Shown here in pieces: positions 57,267 through 64,000 of a DNA stretch of 64,000 nt. The number at the start of each line of letters is the position of its first letter. Position 1 is the first letter of the stretch. A program made the translations under genes and the position numbers. The DNA comes from a virus (Duplodnaviria; Caudoviricetes): the IMG/VR virus record IMGVR_UViG_2643221578_000002, positions 19,782 through 83,781 of that record, one strand, 5' to 3'. Under the pieces are notes generated by a model. It ran no database searches. It saw only the letters and a program-made list of their open reading frames with translations, and had not been told where the DNA came from.

Positions 57267-58895
57267 ATGTCCCGTTTCAATCAGCGCGGCACCAGGCCGG
57301 CTGTCAGCTCGCCCGTGAAGACGACCGGGGAGCGCATCCTCACCCACGAAGGCGCCACCGGTCACGTCCGCGACGCGAAGTCCGAGCTGTTCCTGCTGGC
57401 AGTCAGCAACTTCGTCGGCCAGGACACCTTCTACGAGAAGGGCGGCCAGCGCGACGATCGGTACACCCAGCTCGTCCGCAAGCTCGCCATCGACGACCCC
57501 GAGTGGACCGCTGGCCTGCTCAAGTGGCTGCGCAGCGACGGGAACATGCGCACCGCGGCCCTGGTCGGCGCCGCAGAGTTCACCGCCGAACGACTCCTCC
57601 AGGAAGCCCCCGGCCACTCCCGGCAGGTCATCGACTCCGTCCTCCAGCGGGCCGACGAGCCGGGCGAGTTCCTGGGCTACTGGACGTCGAAGTACGGGCG
57701 GAAGCTGCCGAAGCCGGTGAAGCGCGGTGTCGCGGATGCCGTGCAGCGCCTCTACACCGAGCGGTCGCTCCTCAAGTACGACACCGACTCCAAGGGCTAC
57801 CGGTTCGGCGACGTCCTCAACCTCGTCCACCCCTCACCGGCCGCCGACAAGGCGTGGCAGGGGGACCTGTTCAAGCACGCCCTCGACCGCAGGATGAAGC
57901 GCGACGAGGAAACCCCCGAGCGGCTAGAGATGCTGCGCAACCGCGCCGAACTCATGGCGCACCCGGTCGAGCAGCGGCGCGCACTGCTCAACAATTCGAT
58001 CGGCCTGACCGTCATCCGCGAAGCTGGCATGACGTGGGAGGCGCTGGCCGGCTGGCTCCAGGGCCCCATGGATGCTGCGGCGTGGGAGGCGGTCATCCCG
58101 TCGATGGGCTTGATGGCCCTGGCCCGGAACTTGAGGAACTTCGACGAGGCTGGTGTCTCCGACGCGGTCGCCGCACAGGTCTGCGCCCGGTTCGCCGACC
58201 CGGAGCAGGTCGCCCGATCCCGCATGTTCCCGTTCCGCTGGTGGGCGGCCTACAAGCACGCCCCGTCCCTGCGCTGGGGTCACGCCCTGGAGCAGGCCCT
58301 CGGCCACTCCCTGGCCAACGTGCCGCGGCTCAAGGGCAGCACGCTGATCCTGGTGGACCGGTCGCCGTCGATGTTCCCCGGCTTCATGTTCTCGACCCCG
58401 AACCAGTCGGACATCACCCTGGCCGAGCAGGCCGCCGTCTTCGGGTCCGCGCTTGCACTCCGGGCCGAGAAGCCGACCCTCGTCGAGTTCGGCGGCGACT
58501 CCAAGAAGATCGAGGTCCCCAAGGGTGGCAGCGTCCTTCGGCTCATCGGCGAGTACGGGCAGATCGACGGCACCGACATCCCCACCGCCGTCAAGAAGCA
58601 CTGGTTCGCCCACGACCGCATCGTCGTCGTCACCGACGAACAGACCCGCCCCGGCTGGCTGCCCTCCAACATGTGGGGTCACGGCGGCATGCGGGAGACA
58701 AGCATCGACGACCTCGTCCCGAAGAACGTCCCCGTCTACATGTGGAACATGGCCGGCTACAAGGCCGGGGCCATGCCGACCGGAATCGGCAACCGGCACG
58801 CCATGGGCGGCCTGACCGACCAGGCGTTCCGCACGATCCCACTCCTGGAGTCGGGCCGTGACGCGACCTGGCCGTGGGAGAACAAGGCCGCCTGA
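57267..58895 (+). CDS. rsr: Ro60/Rsr TROVE-domain RNA-binding protein with vWA domain
   Basis: THEGATG...ELFLLAV..F...TFYE, QRADEPGE, PKPVKRGVADA, LKYD, MALARNLRN, DRSPSM MIDAS, GTDI, VVTDEQ. Confidence 0.92.
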   Translation: MSRFNQRGTRPAVSSPVKTTGERILTHEGATGHVRDAKSELFLLAVSNFVGQDTFYEKGGQRDDRYTQLVRKLAIDDPEWTAGLLKWLRSDGNMRTAALVGAAEFTAERLLQEAPGHSRQVIDSVLQRADEPGEFLGYWTSKYGRKLPKPVKRGVADAVQRLYTERSLLKYDTDSKGYRFGDVLNLVHPSPAADKAWQGDLFKHALDRRMKRDEETPERLEMLRNRAELMAHPVEQRRALLNNSIGLTVIREAGMTWEALAGWLQGPMDAAAWEAVIPSMGLMALARNLRNFDEAGVSDAVAAQVCARFADPEQVARSRMFPFRWWAAYKHAPSLRWGHALEQALGHSLANVPRLKGSTLILVDRSPSMFPGFMFSTPNQSDITLAEQAAVFGSALALRAEKPTLVEFGGDSKKIEVPKGGSVLRLIGEYGQIDGTDIPTAVKKHWFAHDRIVVVTDEQTRPGWLPSNMWGHGGMRETSIDDLVPKNVPVYMWNMAGYKAGAMPTGIGNRHAMGGLTDQAFRTIPLLESGRDATWPWENKAA

Positions 58896-58907
58896 CCGAA
58901 CGCACCT

Positions 58908-58937
58908 GCGCCCCGCTCTCATCCGAGGGCGGGGCGC
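58908..58937. terminator. Terminator hairpin after the TROVE gene
   Basis: GCGCCCCGCTCTC-ATCC-GAGGGCGGGGCGC. Confidence 0.7.
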
Positions 58938-58955
58938 CGTGCTGTGGCCGGCGGG

Positions 58956-59429
58956 TCAGGGCCGGTGCAGCAGGTACTTGCCGCCGTCGCTGCCGGTGTG
59001 GGCTGTCGCGGTGAAGACGCGGACGCCGGGCAGCGGTTCGTCCTCGTCCAGCCGGGGCGGCGGCCCCGGGGTAAGGGTGAGACGCGGCACCGATACTCGA
59101 CTGTAGGGAAGCCCCTTGCCGCCGAGGGTGGCCTCCAGCGAAAACTCTTCCAGTGTGCCCAGGGGGCCCGCTTCGGCGCCAAGCTGTGCGCCAACACGTG
59201 CCGCCCATGACTCGCACTGGGCGACCGCGTCGCTGGTGGTCGGGATCAGATCGAGCGCTACCCGCAGTTCCGGCGGCGGGGGCAGAGTAAGTACGTCGAA
59301 GCTCCGACCGTCCGGCGCGGCGTCGATGATCAGGCGCAGCTCGATCCCGGGAGCAAGGGAGAGGGTGATCTCCTCGTCCCGGAGCGTTAGGCGAACCAAG
59401 TCGACGGTCGTGCGCGTGGCGGTCGTCAT
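58956..59429 (-). CDS. Hypothetical protein
   Basis: Protein-like ORF convergent on the terminator. Confidence 0.5.
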   Translation of the reverse strand: MTTATRTTVDLVRLTLRDEEITLSLAPGIELRLIIDAAPDGRSFDVLTLPPPPELRVALDLIPTTSDAVAQCESWAARVGAQLGAEAGPLGTLEEFSLEATLGGKGLPYSRVSVPRLTLTPGPPPRLDEDEPLPGVRVFTATAHTGSDGGKYLLHRP

Positions 59430-59512
59430 GAGGAGACGGTAGCGCGATGGGACGACAGCCCGAGCGAGGTAGCGCATAACGTCGGCTGAAGCGACTTGGG
59501 CTTCGAGAATGC

Positions 59513-59548
59513 TCTAACCCCGGATAACCTTCCTTATCAGCGGTAAGA
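59513..59548. other. lox/dif-like recombination site
   Basis: TCTAACCCCGGATAA-CCTTCC-TTATCAGCGGTAAGA: 15-bp inverted arms (12/15) around a 6-bp asymmetric spacer, 7 bp before the recombinase start. Confidence 0.7.
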
Positions 59549-59555
59549 TTGGTGG

Positions 59556-60614
59556 GTGACCCAGACCCCAGAGGAGCCCATCACCGCCGAACTCGTGACC
59601 GTGGACTCCTGCCCGCAGCCAGTAGTCCACACCGACCGAGACCACGAACTCTCCGACGACGCCCAACAAGCGATCGAAGACTCCATCCCCGACAACACCC
59701 GCCGCGCCTACGGTCGCCAATGGGAGACCTTCGCCAGTTGGTGCAAGGCAGAGAGTCGCCTGCCGCTACCTGCGACCCCCAAGACGCTCGCGCAGTACGT
59801 CCGCCACCTCACCATCACACCGTCAGCCCGAACCGGACGAACGCCCGCACCCTCGAGCATCGAGCAGGCCATCGCCGTCATTCGCGCCGCCCACAAGGCG
59901 GCCGGATACCGCGACCAGCCAGAGACCGCCCCCGCCCTGCGCATCCTCAAGGGCTACAAGAAGCAGCGGTCAGACTCCGGCACACGGAAACGTAAGGCGC
60001 CTGCCATCAACCTGGACAAGCTCCGCGCCCTCATCGCCGACTGCGACCCGGCAACACTCGCGGGACTGCGTGACCGCACCATCCTCATCCTCGGCTTCAC
60101 CATGATGGCCCGCCGCTCCGAACTCGCTAGACTCCATCTCGAGGATGTGAGGGAAGACGACGAAGGCGACCTCACTATCCTGATCCGATCCTCCAAGACT
60201 GACCAGGAAGGCGACGGCGCCGAGGTCATCGTGCCCCGCGGGGTCCACAACGAGACCGACCCGGTCCGAGTCGTCCGCACCTATAAGGAAGCCCTGGCGA
60301 AGCGAGGGGTGATCGCCGGCCGCCTACTGCGCGCGATCAACCAGTGGGACCAGATCACCCACGACACGATGTCCGGCGACGCCATCAACGAGATGGTGCA
60401 ACGCCGAGCAGCGCGCGTCCTCCCCGGCGACGGTCTGATCTACACGGCCCACGGCTTCCGAGCTGGCGGCGCTGGCGAGGCATACAAGAACAAGGCGCCG
60501 CTATCGGCGATCCGGACCCAGGGCCGCTGGGCTGACGGCTCGCCGCAAGTCCTCGAGTACATCCGCGTGGTCGACGCTCGAGAAGAGAACCCCATGAGAG
60601 GAATCGGCCTGTGA
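59556..60614 (+). CDS. Tyrosine recombinase, Cre-like
   Basis: NTRRAY...F..WC N-domain; RRSEL, SKTDQ, HGFR, GRW, EYIR catalytic residues (Trp in place of the second His, as in Cre). Confidence 0.92.
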   Translation: MTQTPEEPITAELVTVDSCPQPVVHTDRDHELSDDAQQAIEDSIPDNTRRAYGRQWETFASWCKAESRLPLPATPKTLAQYVRHLTITPSARTGRTPAPSSIEQAIAVIRAAHKAAGYRDQPETAPALRILKGYKKQRSDSGTRKRKAPAINLDKLRALIADCDPATLAGLRDRTILILGFTMMARRSELARLHLEDVREDDEGDLTILIRSSKTDQEGDGAEVIVPRGVHNETDPVRVVRTYKEALAKRGVIAGRLLRAINQWDQITHDTMSGDAINEMVQRRAARVLPGDGLIYTAHGFRAGGAGEAYKNKAPLSAIRTQGRWADGSPQVLEYIRVVDAREENPMRGIGL

Positions 60615-61243
60615 GCCAGAGCTACGCCGAGGCCGCCGCCGAAGTCCGCCGGCGGGGGGCCCTTGAGCGGGGCTGGCTCGGCGCGAAGCTCAAGGGGCGG
60701 CCTTCATTCTCCGAAGTTGAGAAGCTCGAGCACGCAGGCATCCCTGCGTGTCACCGCTGGGAGGTGCCGAGCACGCCTACCCCCGCGCACTTGACCTGGA
60801 CCGCCGCCATTCGCCTCTGGCAGGCCGGGGCGTGTGCTGTGTGCAGCGCTTCCCCTGAACGCCTGCTCGTGGACCACTGTCACGACAGCGGACTCATCCG
60901 CGGCCTGCTCTGCACCAGCTGCAATACAGCGGAGGGTCTGGGCGGCGCGGCGGTGTTCAGGGCCTACCGAGAACGCCCGCCAGCGGTGTTGCTCGGGGTT
61001 GAAGAGCAGTACGGCTCCCCCTGGGACGGCTTCCGGTTGCCCGCTTCCGAGAAGGGTGAGCGAAACGCTGCGCATGTCGACGCCGCTGAGGCACTCTTTG
61101 GCGACATTGTCGGTCGTTTCCGTATCTCGCAGGGGACTCATGAAGATCCGCATTGCCACTGCTCTCGCAGCCACCGCCATTGCCGTTCTCGGCCTCACCG
61201 CGTGCGGGGCCAGCTACGACGAGACCGTGGGAGCCTGCCGTAA
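60611..61243 (+). CDS. Endonuclease VII-like (HNH) domain protein
   Basis: WQAGACAVC...VDHCHDSGLIRGLLCTSCNTAEG; 3' end overlaps the next gene. Confidence 0.8.
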   Translation: MSQSYAEAAAEVRRRGALERGWLGAKLKGRPSFSEVEKLEHAGIPACHRWEVPSTPTPAHLTWTAAIRLWQAGACAVCSASPERLLVDHCHDSGLIRGLLCTSCNTAEGLGGAAVFRAYRERPPAVLLGVEEQYGSPWDGFRLPASEKGERNAAHVDAAEALFGDIVGRFRISQGTHEDPHCHCSRSHRHCRSRPHRVRGQLRRDRGSLP

Positions 61244-61418
61244 GGAGCTGACGGAACGCTCCGAGCACGCCACCGGGAAGCCGGACGTGTGCAAGGACGT
61301 CAAGGAAGACGACTACGCAATGCTCGTCGTGGTCTCGGGTGCCGACAAGGAAGGCTGGTTCGACGAGAACGGGGACGTCGACATCGCCGAGATGATGAAG
61401 GACAGCGCGGAGAACTGA
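61140..61418 (+). CDS. Small lipoprotein
   Basis: AGGGG RBS; signal peptide with LTAC lipobox. Confidence 0.7.
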   Translation: MKIRIATALAATAIAVLGLTACGASYDETVGACRKELTERSEHATGKPDVCKDVKEDDYAMLVVVSGADKEGWFDENGDVDIAEMMKDSAEN

Positions 61419-61596
61419 TCAACCGTTTCCGGTCACGCATCTATCCCCGTGGCCGGATCGGGTGCATCGTTGTTCTCGCAGCTCCCCACCCCTCGGGGTG
61501 TGGATCTGCTCAGGCCCCGCCTGTCTGGACCCCCGTTCCAGGCGGGGCCTGCCGCTCCTCCCGGCTCCCCACGGGAGGCCAAGCGGCTGCCCGCGT

Positions 61597-62725
61597 TCAG
61601 GGCTTGGGGAGTTCTCCGGGCCGGATCGGCGCGACGGTCACGTCGGTGGCCCCGCCGGCTTCGAGCTCGGCCTTCCGGCTGCTGGCGCTGTTCTCGTCGT
61701 AGGAGACTGCGGACGCGCGGCGGACCCCGCTGGCATCGGTCCAGGTGAGGGCAAAGTTCTGCATGGTGATCGGCATGAGGCTCATCATCTCTGCCGGGTC
61801 TGACAGTGGTCGGCTGCCGCTCCTGAATCCCCGCAGGAGCGGCGGCGCCGGCTCGGCTAGCGGGTCTCGATGAAGAAGCCGTCGTGCTGGTTGCAGAGGT
61901 TGTCCGGGCAGACCCAGACGACGAGCACGTCTGGGTCGAGGTCGGGGGCGGTGAGGTCTGGCGTGTCGATGATCTGGGGCCAGCTCGTCTTGCGGCAGTC
62001 GGGGCACGGGTGGGAGCGCAGCCTGTTGGCTACGGATAGCGGGTATCGCTGCTTCGGGTTGTCCATGCCTTCACCGTCGCACGGGTTCGGCTGAACACTC
62101 CCCCTGCTCTGTCTCGTTGCAGGTCAGAAGCAGCTCAGTCTGGGTACTCGCGGACCTTCCAGCCGTCGGGCACCTCACGGACGTCGAATCCGGGGGCGAT
62201 GATCTGGTGGAGTTCTTCACCGTCGGCCCAGTCGTGCAGGCTGTCCGCGACTGTGGTGATCAGTGGTTCGCCGACGTTGTCGAAGAGGATGACCGGCTCG
62301 ACCTCGAAGTGGCCAGCTTCAGTCCTGCGTACCCCTTCGGTGCGGGTGGCCCAGCCGACGATGGGGACAACGATGATCTCCTTCACGTCGGGCCATTTGA
62401 ATGCTGCGCGCCACCCGTCGGGTGCGGCGCTGAAGCCGGTGATGATGTGCGGTTTGGGAGTCATGCCAGCCAGAGTTTCAGGCGCTGGTGCTACTCGTGG
62501 GGTCTTCGATCGGATTCACGCTGCCTGGTACTCGTGCGCTCTGCCGCCTCGCCATTCGACCCAGTCGCCCTGGTCGAGGAGGTCGTCGGCGTCGGGGAGC
62601 CCGGCGCGGCGGAGGAACTCGACGACGTCGGCGTCGTTGTACGCAAGCCCGGCGATCTGTCCTTGGATGGTGACTCGCCGGCCGCCGGTGGGGGAGGGGC
62701 GGTGTATGACGATGGGCGCGGCCAT
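61597..62725 (-). other. Four small leftward hypothetical genes (61597-61776, 61857-62066, 62135-62464, 62516-62725)
   Basis: Non-overlapping protein-like ORFs downstream of the ligase. Confidence 0.55.
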
Positions 62726-62751
62726 ACATCCAGGGTGCGCCCGGCCTGGGG

Positions 62752-63621
62752 CTACCGCATGCGGGTGACGGTGAGCGTCCCGTGCCTGCCGGACCCGGCG
62801 AGTACCTCGACGGCGAGGTCGGTGTCGACCCGCGTGTACGTCTCTCCTTCGGCCCGCCGCTCGCCCACGACCTCGGCCGCGGTGAGCGCGTCGGCGATCC
62901 GGCCGGCGAGTACGGGGTCGAGCCGTGCGGACAGCCGGATGGGTCCGCCTTCGTCTCCGATGGCGAGTGCGAGCCGGTGTGGCCGGCGCCGGGGCCCGAG
63001 GTAGCCGACGACGAGCGCGTCCTCAGTCTCGGCGTGCCTCACCTTGATCCAGTTTCGGCGGCCGGCGGGATAGCTGGCCGACCCCTTCTTACAGACGATT
63101 CCTTCGATGCCCTGCTCCTGAAGTCCCTCGTACCAGGCGACGGCCACCGCCCGGTCGTCGGTGGCGGGTACGGATTGAATCGGGGGCGGGATGTCGTGGA
63201 GCAGGTCGAGGAGGGCTGCGCGTCTCTCCGTATAGGGGAGCTGTGTGGTCTGTCCGAGCTGGGGGTGCTCCAGCACGTCCCAGGCGGCGTAGGAGGCGGG
63301 GTGATGTGCGGCGAGCGCACGGGCCCGGGTGACGGAGGATGCGGCCCTGGATTGGGCTGCCCCGAAGTCAATCTTCCCGCCCCGCCAGATGACCGCCTCA
63401 CCATCCAGCGTGGTCCCTGGCGGGAGCCCCATTCCGGCGACGGCGAGGTCCATCCAGTGGCTGGTGACGATCCGGCCTGACCTGGCGTAGAGGATGACCG
63501 TGTCCTCGGTGCGCCGGAGGATGGTGCGGTGCCCGTCGAATTTGGGCTCGTACCACCAGTCCGGCCCGTGGGGGATGACGGGGACGGCTTGGGCGAGGGC
63601 GGGGCGGATAGGGTACTCCAC
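62752..63621 (-). CDS. ATP-dependent DNA ligase (minimal LigC/LigD-ligase type)
   Basis: YEPKFDGHR (KxDG), LDGEAV, WDVL, EGIVCK, WIKVR; GTG start at 63621. Confidence 0.9.
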   Translation of the reverse strand: MEYPIRPALAQAVPVIPHGPDWWYEPKFDGHRTILRRTEDTVILYARSGRIVTSHWMDLAVAGMGLPPGTTLDGEAVIWRGGKIDFGAAQSRAASSVTRARALAAHHPASYAAWDVLEHPQLGQTTQLPYTERRAALLDLLHDIPPPIQSVPATDDRAVAVAWYEGLQEQGIEGIVCKKGSASYPAGRRNWIKVRHAETEDALVVGYLGPRRRPHRLALAIGDEGGPIRLSARLDPVLAGRIADALTAAEVVGERRAEGETYTRVDTDLAVEVLAGSGRHGTLTVTRMR

Positions 63622-63766
63622 GGTCCGATCCTGGGGCGAGCGAACGGTGGCCGCGCCTTGGACTACTCCGGGTGCCGAATCGCCCACCCCGCCCCCGCCT
63701 GCCCTGCCACACTGGCAGTGCCCCCGTCGCCTCCCCCGTCGACGGGGGCACCCCGAGGAGGACACC

Positions 63767-64000
63767 GTGACGCACCGCCCGTACCCGAACGCCGACCGCG
63801 CCCTGCGCCAGCTTGACCGGCGTGTCCACGCGGTGGAGGTCCCGGAGTGGCGGGTGAAGCTCGCCGCCGACGCCCGCCGTGCGCTCGCGGGTGCCGCCGT
63901 GGCTCTGGAGACCATGGCCCGAACCAGCCGCTTCACGGACCGCGAGTGGGATCAGGCCGCAGACAGCCCCTTCTGGCAGGAGGGGCTGAAGGCGGGCTGA
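63767..64000 (+). CDS. Small phage hypothetical protein
   Basis: GAGGAGG RBS; HRPYPNADRALRQ. Confidence 0.55.
   Translation: MTHRPYPNADRALRQLDRRVHAVEVPEWRVKLAADARRALAGAAVALETMARTSRFTDREWDQAADSPFWQEGLKAG

Larger units (their letters stand above)
1..64000. mobile_element. Part of a temperate siphovirus-like prophage or phage-plasmid of a Streptomyces-like host; ends not visible
   Basis: Syntenic terminase-portal-scaffold-capsid-tail-tape measure-lysin block, dense small overlapping phage-type ORFs, a tyrosine recombinase and no housekeeping genes. Confidence 0.92.

Noticed and set aside
59556-60614. Classical prophage integrase marking the right boundary
   Set aside because: Cre-like signature, no visible arm-binding domain or att/tRNA duplication, and phage-type genes continue to the end of the window; not fully excluded

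Overview
High-GC (about 70%) actinobacterial DNA, most likely Streptomyces, and apparently all from one large temperate siphovirus-like element. Neither end of the element nor a replication gene is visible. From left to right: (1) early/accessory genes including a Dam-family methyltransferase and a MazG-like protein (1-6 kb); (2) an HNH-SF2 helicase operon and a NUDIX pair (6.3-10 kb); (3) a plasmid/AICE-type mycelial transfer module with an FtsK-like TraB translocase, followed directly by a bidirectional 8-mer array with an 11-bp period that looks like a clt site (10.2-18.5 kb); (4) small accessory genes including an HD alarmone-hydrolase-like protein (18.5-26.5 kb); (5) a GDPD-bearing fibre gene and a glycosyltransferase/exonuclease/methyltransferase/epimerase cluster (26.6-31.5 kb); (6) an HNH gene, a dense GATC cluster, and a complete head-tail-lysis module with a glycosyltransferase coupled to the major capsid gene (33-56 kb); (7) two tandem Y RNAs, one with a circularly permuted tRNA-like domain, plus a Ro60/TROVE gene behind a PafBC-type DNA-damage promoter motif (57-58.9 kb); (8) a Cre-like tyrosine recombinase with a lox/dif-like site, an endonuclease VII domain gene and an ATP-dependent ligase (59.5-64 kb). 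The best overall reading is a conjugative phage-plasmid or prophage carrying an RNA-stress Ro60/Y RNA cassette. All calls come from reading motifs by eye; no database searches were run.
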